DNA of 32,486 nt, taken from a virus. Taxonomy: Duplodnaviria; Caudoviricetes. How positions within the stretch are numbered: position 1 is the first letter of the stretch; every line of letters starts with the position of its first letter. The DNA lies in IMG/VR virus record IMGVR_UViG_3300042318_000332, positions 1 through 32,486 of that record. One strand, 5' to 3'. The notes beneath the pieces were generated by a model. That model was not told the origin of the DNA, did not search any database, and saw only the letters and a list, made by a program, of their open reading frames with translations. The position numbers and the translations under genes are program-made. Shown piece after piece: positions 15,981 through 23,205 of this stretch.

Positions 15981-16134
15981 CGCTCTCTCCCTCGCTTGCT
16001 CCTAGTGGACCAGGACATTCCTCGTCCACGTGCCAATCATATTTATCAGGGTGAAAGTACTCATTACACCCTGCACATCTCCAAAGCTCAGCCTCTCCCG
16101 CTATCGGGTCATCTAGTGGTGGTTCGTAACTCAT
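15973..16134 (-). CDS. 53-aa acidic Zn-binding-like protein
   Basis: MSYEPPLDDP...WRCAGC...H...C; TAATG coupling. Confidence 0.6.
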   Translation of the reverse strand: MSYEPPLDDPIAGEAELWRCAGCNEYFHPDKYDWHVDEECPGPLGASEGESDD

Positions 16135-16352
16135 TAGTCGCTCCAATCGTGTGTGTTTTTATAGGCGTTAGTTAAATCTACAATCTCTTTAATGGTCTCC
16201 AAGCACTCCTCGTCCGTCCACTCCTCGCCGTCTACCCCTGCCACGTCTATCACTAGGCTTAGTGATTGACCGTTGATAGTGTCCATTCCCTCTATAAAGG
16301 CGTTAAAGTTTTGAGTTGAATCTATAATTGAAAGTATCTCCTGCTTATTCAT
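16134..16352 (-). CDS. hypothetical acidic protein
   Basis: 72-aa ORF with RBS AGGAGG. Confidence 0.7.
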   Translation of the reverse strand: MNKQEILSIIDSTQNFNAFIEGMDTINGQSLSLVIDVAGVDGEEWTDEECLETIKEIVDLTNAYKNTHDWSD

Positions 16353-16489
16353 TTGCTCTCCTCCTTTGGGCAGTCCTCGTAAGGATTCTCCTGCCCTTCG
16401 TTGTCCTCACACATACAGAAGTTAAACTTCTCTACCTGCGTAGCGTGATTTAGTTCTGCCAGGTCGCTCCAATACATTACTTCATCCAT
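16349..16489 (-). CDS. hypothetical 46-aa protein
   Basis: MDEVMYWSDLAELNHATQVEKFNFCMCED...DCP; RBS GGAGG. Confidence 0.6.
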   Translation of the reverse strand: MDEVMYWSDLAELNHATQVEKFNFCMCEDNEGQENPYEDCPKEESK

Positions 16490-16638
16490 TACTTTGCCTC
16501 CTCCATTGTGTAACCTGTTATCCCCCACGCATCATTGAGTATGGCATCTTGCCATTGTCCACAGTGCTCGCAAGAATAATCAACATTGACGGTTGATAAT
16601 ACGAGTCCTCTTAGCCCACAAAACCTGCACTTATCCAT
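16489..16638 (-). CDS. small Zn-ribbon protein
   Basis: CRFCG...CEHCG; RBS AAGGAGG. Confidence 0.65.
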   Translation of the reverse strand: MDKCRFCGLRGLVLSTVNVDYSCEHCGQWQDAILNDAWGITGYTMEEAK

Positions 16639-16808
16639 TACTTTCCCTCCTTGTAGCACTCTACCATAGTCCCCCAACAGTAGCCGAGAAAGCTCCCGCT
16701 ATCTCCCACATACCATAAATTAGCTGACATCTGCCACATTGCCCACACTATGAGCAAGGTCGGGATAATTACCAGCACAACCCAGCCTCTTACAGTTAAG
16801 TTGTTCAT
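16638..16808 (-). CDS. 56-aa membrane protein
   Basis: MNNLTVRGWVVLVIIPTLLIVWAMW...YCWGTMVEC; RBS GGAGG. Confidence 0.65.
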   Translation of the reverse strand: MNNLTVRGWVVLVIIPTLLIVWAMWQMSANLWYVGDSGSFLGYCWGTMVECYKEGK

Positions 16809-16952
16809 TTACTTTTCCTCCCAGTCTTGTTGGTCTTGCTCGCTCCCGCACTTTGTGCAGGTGTAAGTCATTACATTACTTTCTTGTTGGTATTCTCCCT
16901 CAATGTCTAGTAAATCCACGTCACATTCTTGGCAAAATGTAGAGATAATCAT
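16809..16952 (-). CDS. 47-aa Zn-ribbon protein
   Basis: CQEC...CTKCG; acidic. Confidence 0.6.
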   Translation of the reverse strand: MIISTFCQECDVDLLDIEGEYQQESNVMTYTCTKCGSEQDQQDWEEK

Positions 16953-16963
16953 TCCCTGCCCCC

Positions 16964-17302
16964 TTACACAGCCACGCTGTGATAGTTGATAAATCCCTCG
17001 AACGAGTGTGTCCCGTCCACCGCTGTCACCGTCTGTTCTTGTAGGTCAATCAAAACCCACGCCTCATCCGTGCAAGGTTCGTTAGATACCCACAGCCCGA
17101 AGCCTGTCTCACTGTCCCATTGGTCACCGATTAGCTGACTGATGATGATGCGAGCACAATAGGAATCATCTCCCCATCTTGGGCGGGCTTTTGCTATTGC
17201 CCTGCCCGCATCCTCTAACGCTGTCGTCTCCCCCCAGTGTGAGTAAAGGCAGATGTAGTTTTCCTCGTCTTGCTTGATGTTAAAAATAACCCTTGCGCCC
17301 AT
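16964..17302 (-). CDS. hypothetical protein, first gene after the ribozyme
   Basis: MGARVIF...LYSHWG; RBS GAAAGGG. Confidence 0.8.
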   Translation of the reverse strand: MGARVIFNIKQDEENYICLYSHWGETTALEDAGRAIAKARPRWGDDSYCARIIISQLIGDQWDSETGFGLWVSNEPCTDEAWVLIDLQEQTVTAVDGTHSFEGFINYHSVAV

Positions 17303-17323
17303 CTTGTAACCCTTTCTCTATCT

Positions 17324-17375
17324 GACCTCGTCAGCACCCGCCTTACGGGTGGACACCCTTGCGGGTGTTTCGGTC
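17324..17375 (-). ncRNA. type II hammerhead ribozyme
   Basis: Minus strand GACC-GAAA-CACCC(GCAA)GGGUG-UC^-CACCCG(UAAGG)CGGGUG-CUGACGA-GGUC: complete core and three paired stems. Confidence 0.93.
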
Positions 17376-17386
17376 TGTTGCGTACT

Positions 17387-17641
17387 CTACCCTACTTTCT
17401 GCTCGTTTTGTCTCATCCACACCTTGTATTGCCCTAGTTGAAATTGTAAGCCTTTTGCCGTTGCGTTAGACTTTCGCCCGATAGTACGAGGAGAAAAGCT
17501 AGCCCACGACATTACATCTGTTAGGTGTAGCCCTTTCTCGTCTTGCATAATCGCATAGCGTTGGTCTAGCATCAGGAAATCGCGTTCGAAATACTTCTCA
17601 TCTATCCCCGCCTCTTTCGCCAATTCGCGTAGTGTTTTCAT
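17387..17641 (-). CDS. hypothetical protein
   Basis: MKTLRELAKEAG..., TAATG-coupled to the upstream gene. Confidence 0.7.
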   Translation of the reverse strand: MKTLRELAKEAGIDEKYFERDFLMLDQRYAIMQDEKGLHLTDVMSWASFSPRTIGRKSNATAKGLQFQLGQYKVWMRQNEQKVG

Positions 17642-17805
17642 TAGTTCACCCCACAAGCGGTAAGGAATCGGGCGCGGTCGAATCTAGGATTGTCCATTGA
17701 AAGGGAATCGGCTAGGTCTTGCGCGATTGTGTTGCGCTGTGTGTCGTCTAGATAGTAGGCTTGCTCAATGTTGCGAGCGATTAGTACATAATCTTTTCTA
17801 GTCAT
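17641..17805 (-). CDS. 54-aa small phage protein (MTRKDY...DNPRFD type)
   Basis: MTRKDYVLIARNIEQ...DNPRFDRARFLTACGVN*; RBS GAGGAG; first gene after the promoter. Confidence 0.75.
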   Translation of the reverse strand: MTRKDYVLIARNIEQAYYLDDTQRNTIAQDLADSLSMDNPRFDRARFLTACGVN

Positions 17806-17854
17806 TCTTTTATCTCCTCGTAGGTTAGTTCAAGCGGTTTGGCTTGATGAGAGA

Positions 17855-17883
17855 AATATATATGCGGGACTATACCGTGTCAA
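17855..17883 (-). promoter_or_regulatory. strong sigmaA promoter for the leftward (probably early) operon
   Basis: TTGACA (17883-17878)-N17-TATATT (17860-17855). Confidence 0.85.
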
Positions 17884-18016
17884 TAGATAACAAGCATTTA
17901 TAGGTCACAGTTTCATAACGATTGGCAGGGGATTTGCTGGGCGTTTCCTGAGAATGTAACAGGGTTACGGGTTGCAGATGGTTGAATGTTCAACTAGTTA
18001 CAGCCGATACAATAGC

Positions 18017-18030
18017 CGAACACCTGTTCG
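18017..18030. promoter_or_regulatory. LexA SOS box (Gram-positive/actinobacterial type)
   Basis: CGAAC-acct-GTTCG. Confidence 0.75.
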
Positions 18031-18090
18031 AATAGCGGTTACTTAATTGCTGAGGATTAAGTGAGAGGTCTGCCGTGGTGGTAGTCCGCC

Positions 18091-18104
18091 CGAACATCCG
18101 TTCG
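18091..18104. promoter_or_regulatory. second LexA SOS box
   Basis: CGAAC-atcc-GTTCG. Confidence 0.75.
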
Positions 18105-18110
18105 AAACAG

Positions 18111-18155
18111 TTATCCACAACCTTATCCACAGCCTGTGCATAGCCCTGTGGACAA
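18111..18155. promoter_or_regulatory. cluster of four DnaA boxes
   Basis: TTATCCACA 18111-18119 and 18123-18131; reverse CTATGCACA 18135-18143 (degenerate) and TTGTCCACA 18147-18155; 12-bp period. Confidence 0.85.
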
Positions 18156-18281
18156 CGGTCTGCCCCGCAAAACGGACCCCCGTATGCTTAATCCGCTGGC
18201 GTATATACCTGTACTCCCCAAATAAATATTTTTGCTAAAGTCAAAGCTACAAATATGGCCTCTGACCTGCGGTTTTACTAA

Positions 18282-18297
18282 TGTGATTAACATCACA
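18282..18297. promoter_or_regulatory. CRP/GlxR box
   Basis: Perfect TGTGA-N6-TCACA. Confidence 0.7.
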
Positions 18298-18342
18298 AAT
18301 AAAAAGCGGGAAACCGTTAAAATTTCCTGCCTTATATATAGT

Positions 18343-18477
18343 AGGGGAGCAAAGCGGGGGTAGTGTGCTTTGCGACCCGTGGCCGCCTCTTACGAGGCCC
18401 CTAGGCCGAGTACTGACTTACCCCTCAGTTCGCTGTGGCTCCCTCGGGCGCTAAGCCCGACGCTAGCGGCGCTTTTT
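18343..18477. ncRNA. candidate multi-stem structured element upstream of the terminase
   Basis: GC-rich island with at least five stems; function and strand not established. Confidence 0.5.
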
Positions 18478-18609
18478 AATCGGGATAGGTCTATCATTAA
18501 CCAGGTAATGATCATTTCCGAACCAGGTATAAATAAAATTCGATTCCGGCCCGTCCCCAAATTGTAAAAAAATTTTTAACGCGCTCATCGCGCTCTACAA
18601 GGAGGATAC

Positions 18610-20475
18610 GTGGCAGATAATTCAGCTGACATTGCCAAGCGTATTATCCTTGGCTGTGTAGCAGAGGGTATGACTATTGAGCAGGCTACCGCCTCTGCTG
18701 GCAAATCCATCAAGACCTACGAGTATTATCGTCGTACAGATAAGATCTTTGCAGATAAAGTAGACCGAACCCGCCTAGGTCTTAAGGACAAGCAGTTTGC
18801 CGGTGGCGATGTTCACGACATCTCATTCCAAGAGTTTCGCCAGCGATTCCTTCACAGCCGTACCTTCCCCCATCAGCAGAACATTGTAGATGTAATCGAA
18901 GGCCGTGAACCAGCTTGGCTACATCCTTCAATGAAGTTTGAAAAGGGTGTGGCAAATAACCGCATCCTAATCAATATCCCTCCCAACCACGCCAAGTCAA
19001 TCACTATTACAGTTGATTACGTTACCTGGATGGTTGCCCAGAATCCTAACTTTAGAGTATTGATTGTTTCCCAGACGCAGCGTTTAGCTGCCGACTTTCT
19101 CTACGCCATCAAGCAACGCCTGACTCATCCTATGTATGAAGACCTCCAGAGCGCTTATGCTGCTGGCGTAGGGTTTAACTCTAAGTCTGCTTCCTGGCAG
19201 GCTACCCGTGTCACCTTTGGTGATGAGCTACGTGAATCTAGCGAAAAAGATCCTAATATCGAAGCCGTCGGTATCGGAGGCCAGATCTACGGTAAGCGTG
19301 CTGATATGATTATTGTAGATGACGCGGTGACTTTATCTAACGCCAACGACTTTGAGCGACAGATTAAGTGGCTTACCCAGGATGTGCGTTCTCGTTTGAA
19401 CCCTACAGGTAAACTTATTATTATTGGAACCCGCGTTGCTTCCGTTGACTTGTACCGCGAGCTACGCCAAGAAGATAGATACCCAGGTGGATTAGTTCCT
19501 TGGACATATCTTGCTATGCCAGCGCTTTTAACAGCAGATGAGAACCCTGATAAGTGGGAAACCCTTTGGCCTTTATCAGATGCTCCCTTTGATGGACAAG
19601 AAGATTCAGATAAAAACGAAGAAGGACTCTACCCTCGCTGGTCTGGTCGTAACTTGTACAACGAACGCCAAGCAATGGACCCTTCTACCTGGGCTTTGGT
19701 TTATCAGCAACAGGATATATCTGAAAACTCAGCCTTTGACCCGGTATGTGTTCGCGGCTCCATTGATGGTATGCGAAAGTCTGGTGCATTAGTTGCAGGC
19801 CATCCCGGACACCCACGAGATTTATCAGGTTTCTCAATTATCTGCGGGCTAGACCCTGCAATGATTGGTGATACCGCAGCTGTTTGTTATGCGATAGATC
19901 GAAACTCGAACAAGAGGTACATAGTAGATGCTATTAAAATTAGTAGACCGTCTCCTGCCGACATTCGCGAGCTTATATTTAATTGGACTTCCCTATACGG
20001 CCCGTCAGAGTGGATCGTTGAACGTAATGCGTTCCAGTCTTTCCTCACACAAGACGAAGGAATCAAGCAACACCTTGCATCCAGAGGAGTAATCTTACGT
20101 GAACACCACACAGGAAACAACAAGTGGGACGCAGGATTCGGTGTTGCCAGTATGTCCACTTTGTTTGGAACGAAGCAGCACGATGGTAAGCACCATAGAG
20201 ACAACCTTATCCATCTTCCTAGCGATCAAACAGAAAATGTCAAGGCGCTCATCGAGCAGTTAATTACCTGGACCCCTACTACTAAGGGTAAGACCGATAT
20301 GGTAATGGCTCTTTGGTTCTGTGAGATCCGCGCAAGAGAGATGCTTAACTATGGTAAGTACGCATCCCACCATATGAAAAACCCATTCCTCTCACGAGGA
20401 GAACTCAGTAAGCGAGTAGTTGTCAATATAGATGAACTCATCGCACAAAACCAACAAAATCAACACTTCGTCTAA
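18610..20475 (+). CDS. terL: terminase large subunit with N-terminal HTH extension
   Basis: Walker A variant IPPNHAKS, Walker B MIIVDD, IIGTR coupling motif, nuclease GLDPA and TDMVMA; GTG start after AAGGAGG. Confidence 0.9.
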   Translation: MADNSADIAKRIILGCVAEGMTIEQATASAGKSIKTYEYYRRTDKIFADKVDRTRLGLKDKQFAGGDVHDISFQEFRQRFLHSRTFPHQQNIVDVIEGREPAWLHPSMKFEKGVANNRILINIPPNHAKSITITVDYVTWMVAQNPNFRVLIVSQTQRLAADFLYAIKQRLTHPMYEDLQSAYAAGVGFNSKSASWQATRVTFGDELRESSEKDPNIEAVGIGGQIYGKRADMIIVDDAVTLSNANDFERQIKWLTQDVRSRLNPTGKLIIIGTRVASVDLYRELRQEDRYPGGLVPWTYLAMPALLTADENPDKWETLWPLSDAPFDGQEDSDKNEEGLYPRWSGRNLYNERQAMDPSTWALVYQQQDISENSAFDPVCVRGSIDGMRKSGALVAGHPGHPRDLSGFSIICGLDPAMIGDTAAVCYAIDRNSNKRYIVDAIKISRPSPADIRELIFNWTSLYGPSEWIVERNAFQSFLTQDEGIKQHLASRGVILREHHTGNNKWDAGFGVASMSTLFGTKQHDGKHHRDNLIHLPSDQTENVKALIEQLITWTPTTKGKTDMVMALWFCEIRAREMLNYGKYASHHMKNPFLSRGELSKRVVVNIDELIAQNQQNQHFV

Positions 20476-20485
20476 GGAGACAACA

Positions 20486-20683
20486 ATGGCACAAATGAAG
20501 AAGCCTATGGCTAAGAAGCCAGCAGTTAAGCGTCCAGCATCTAAGCCAGCACCACTAACAGGACCTGCAGCAGTTAAAGCAATGCAAGATCGTGTATCAC
20601 CTGCCGGTGTTAAGAAGGCAGAAGCTGGTGCAAAGAAGGCCATTGACAAGAAGTACCCAGGATTATATAAAAAGAAGAAGTAA
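20486..20683 (+). CDS. small Lys/Ala/Pro-rich basic protein
   Basis: MAQMKKPMAKKPAVK...; RBS AAGGAG. Confidence 0.7.
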   Translation: MAQMKKPMAKKPAVKRPASKPAPLTGPAAVKAMQDRVSPAGVKKAEAGAKKAIDKKYPGLYKKKK

Positions 20684-20692
20684 GGAACCCCA

Positions 20693-22441
20693 GTGTTAAC
20701 AACTAAAGAGGTCATTGCGAAGGTAGGTCGCCTTCAGACCAAATTCGCAGCACGTGATCAGCGTATGCGCGACGTGCTCTCGGTACGCCAAGGAGACATC
20801 AGCAAGGTTTATCCTTCTATGTTCTCAGAGGATTATCCGAAGCCTCTCGTTGCTAACTTCGTTGACGTTGCAGCACGAGACTTAGCAGAGGTTATGGCAC
20901 CACTGCCATCATTTAACTGCGCTGCAGTCAATATGGTTTCAGATGCACAACGTAAAGCTGCAGATACTCGTACCCGTATTGCCAACTATTTTGTTACAGC
21001 ATCTGATCTACAGATTCAGATGTACCAAGGTGCAGACTGGTTCAATACTTACGGTATGTTGCCAGCATTAGTTGAGATGGATTACGAGACTAACTCTCCA
21101 CGTATCCGTTTGCTCAACCCATTTGGTACCTACCCTGAGATTGACCGCTTTGGTCGCACCATTTCACTATCTCAGGTAGTTGTAATGGATGCTGAAACAC
21201 TTGCATCACAGTATCCAGAGTTTGCACCACAGATTATGCCACGTAACAACTACGTACAAGGTTCACCTAACCTATCAGTAGTGCGTTACCACGACAAGGA
21301 TCAGGATTTAATCTTCATCCCAGAGCGTGATAACTTGATTCTTGCTAACCTACCTAACATAACTGGTAAGTGTTTAGCATCAGTTGCTATGCGATCATCC
21401 CTAGATGGCGAAGCACGTGGACAGTTTGATGATGTGCTATCTGTGCAACTTGCCCGTGCTCGTTTTGCAGTACTTCAGATCCAAGCAGCTGAGAAATCTA
21501 TCCAAGCACCTATTGCTATTCCACAAGATGTGCAAGAGTTGGCCCTTGGTCCTGATTCAATTATGCGTTCTGCTAACCCACAAGGTATTCGCCGTGTTCC
21601 TTTGGAACTACCACCTGGAGTCTTTACAGAGTCCGGTGTCCTAGAGCGTGAACTACGTCTTGGTGCTCGCTATCCTGAATCTCGTTCAGGTGATGTTAGC
21701 GCATCTGTTATTACAGGCCGTGGTGTACAAGCACTACAAGCAGGATTTGATACACAGATCAAAGCAGCACAAGCACAGTTTGCTCGTTTGTTTACAGACC
21801 TAGTATCTCTTTGCTTTGAGATTGATGAAAGAGTCTTTGGTTCTATGACCAAGGAGATTCGTGGCGTTGATGACGGTACTCCATACTCAATGAAGTACAT
21901 ACCATCACGTGATATCAAGGGTGAGTACGGTGTAGATGTACGTTACGGCATTATGTCTGGTATGGATCCTAACCGTGCCATCATTGCATTGCTTCAGATG
22001 CGTTCAGATAAGCTCGTATCACGTGACTATGTACGTCGTGAGATCCCTATGGAACTTAATGTAACTCAGGAGGAACAACGTGTTGATATTGAAGAGATGC
22101 GTGACTCTTTGCGTGTTGCTGTTGCACAGTATGCACAGGCAATCCCGGCTCTCGCGGCGCAAGGACAAGATCCAAGTCAGATCGTTAACCGTATCGCAGG
22201 TGTTATCCAGGGTCGTCAAAAAGGACTCTCACTAGAGTCTGTTATTGAAAAGGTCTTCGCACCTGAACCACAACCAGCACCAATGCCTAGTGCAGAACAA
22301 ATGATTCCAGCAGCAGGTGCGGCCACCGCTCCTGCCTCGCAGCTACCTCCACAAGAACAAGCTGGTATGGCCCCTGCTGCTGGTCCAACTCAACGTCCAG
22401 ACATTGCAGGTTTACTTGCATCCATCACAGGCGCAGCATAG
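20693..22441 (+). CDS. portal protein
   Basis: 582 aa, follows the terminase, helical, with an acidic/Pro-Gln-rich C-terminal tail typical of podovirus portals. Confidence 0.8.
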   Translation: MLTTKEVIAKVGRLQTKFAARDQRMRDVLSVRQGDISKVYPSMFSEDYPKPLVANFVDVAARDLAEVMAPLPSFNCAAVNMVSDAQRKAADTRTRIANYFVTASDLQIQMYQGADWFNTYGMLPALVEMDYETNSPRIRLLNPFGTYPEIDRFGRTISLSQVVVMDAETLASQYPEFAPQIMPRNNYVQGSPNLSVVRYHDKDQDLIFIPERDNLILANLPNITGKCLASVAMRSSLDGEARGQFDDVLSVQLARARFAVLQIQAAEKSIQAPIAIPQDVQELALGPDSIMRSANPQGIRRVPLELPPGVFTESGVLERELRLGARYPESRSGDVSASVITGRGVQALQAGFDTQIKAAQAQFARLFTDLVSLCFEIDERVFGSMTKEIRGVDDGTPYSMKYIPSRDIKGEYGVDVRYGIMSGMDPNRAIIALLQMRSDKLVSRDYVRREIPMELNVTQEEQRVDIEEMRDSLRVAVAQYAQAIPALAAQGQDPSQIVNRIAGVIQGRQKGLSLESVIEKVFAPEPQPAPMPSAEQMIPAAGAATAPASQLPPQEQAGMAPAAGPTQRPDIAGLLASITGAA

Positions 22442-22454
22442 GAGGAGGTGTAAA

Positions 22455-22601
22455 ATGAAAAAAGGAACATTCGCAAAGGCAATTATGGCTAAGGTCGTAG
22501 AAGGCAAGCGAGATACTTCAAAGCCAGCAGGTCCAGGCAAAGTATCTTTTGGTATCGTACCAGCAGGCCGTAAGGGTACAGCTGTTAAAAAGGGTAAGTA
22601 A
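22455..22601 (+). CDS. 48-aa basic protein
   Basis: MKKGTFAKAIMAKVVEG...; RBS GGAGGAGGT. Confidence 0.7.
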   Translation: MKKGTFAKAIMAKVVEGKRDTSKPAGPGKVSFGIVPAGRKGTAVKKGK

Positions 22602-22625
22602 TAATTCAAATGAGAGGCGTATTGG

Positions 22626-22847
22626 ATGAGAAATGAAGAAGAGTTTATACCTCGTCCAGTACGTCGCTCTGATTTTGGAGTGATCTTTGCAGGCTTGGTA
22701 CACAACCTAGCCTCAGCATTCCATTCATTTACAGAAGAGATATTAGAAATTTCTATCTATCACGCTAATCAAAAGACAAAAACAATGCAGGCTTGGGAAG
22801 ATATGAGCCAAGACTTAGAGAAAATTCAGGAGGAAACAGATGGCTAG
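22626..22847 (+). CDS. hypothetical protein
   Basis: 73-aa ORF in the structural operon; RBS GAGG. Confidence 0.65.
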   Translation: MRNEEEFIPRPVRRSDFGVIFAGLVHNLASAFHSFTEEILEISIYHANQKTKTMQAWEDMSQDLEKIQEETDG

Positions 22848-23205
22848 AGGTCCACTCGCCGGTGCTTCAGGTCCTGGTAAGTTTTCAAAGCGAACAGATT
22901 TACCTTCTGCCTATTACGGTGAAGGTGTAGAAACAGCAGCCATTAAATCAGGTGCGCCACTTGCAACAACTCCAGATGTGCGCCCATCACAGGCTCCAGC
23001 AATTACTCCACTATTTGCACCAACTCAACGTCCAGATGAACCTATCACTGCAGGTATTGCTAGTGGCGCAGGTCCTGGACCAGAGGCTTTAATGATGAAT
23101 AAGTCCATAGTTAAACTATCTGACACGTTAGCCGCTATGTTGCCTTACGATACTACTGGAGAAATAGCAGTTTTTTACCAAGAAGCATTATCACGAGGTA
23201 ACTAA
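22840..23205 (+). CDS. Pro/Gly-rich virion-associated protein
   Basis: SGPGKFSKRTD, PTQRPDEPITAG and GPGP motifs; RBS AGGAGG. Confidence 0.65.
   Translation: MARGPLAGASGPGKFSKRTDLPSAYYGEGVETAAIKSGAPLATTPDVRPSQAPAITPLFAPTQRPDEPITAGIASGAGPGPEALMMNKSIVKLSDTLAAMLPYDTTGEIAVFYQEALSRGN

Noticed and set aside
18001-18030. GCCGATA resembling the start of an actinobacterial dif site
   Set aside because: The XerD arm (TTATGTCAA-like) is absent
18329-18346. NrdR-box-like CCTTATATATAGTAGG
   Set aside because: Imperfect and single; equally explained as a -10 element
18370-18567. 65-aa TTG ORF as terminase small subunit
   Set aside because: No convincing RBS or protein-like features; overlaps the structured element
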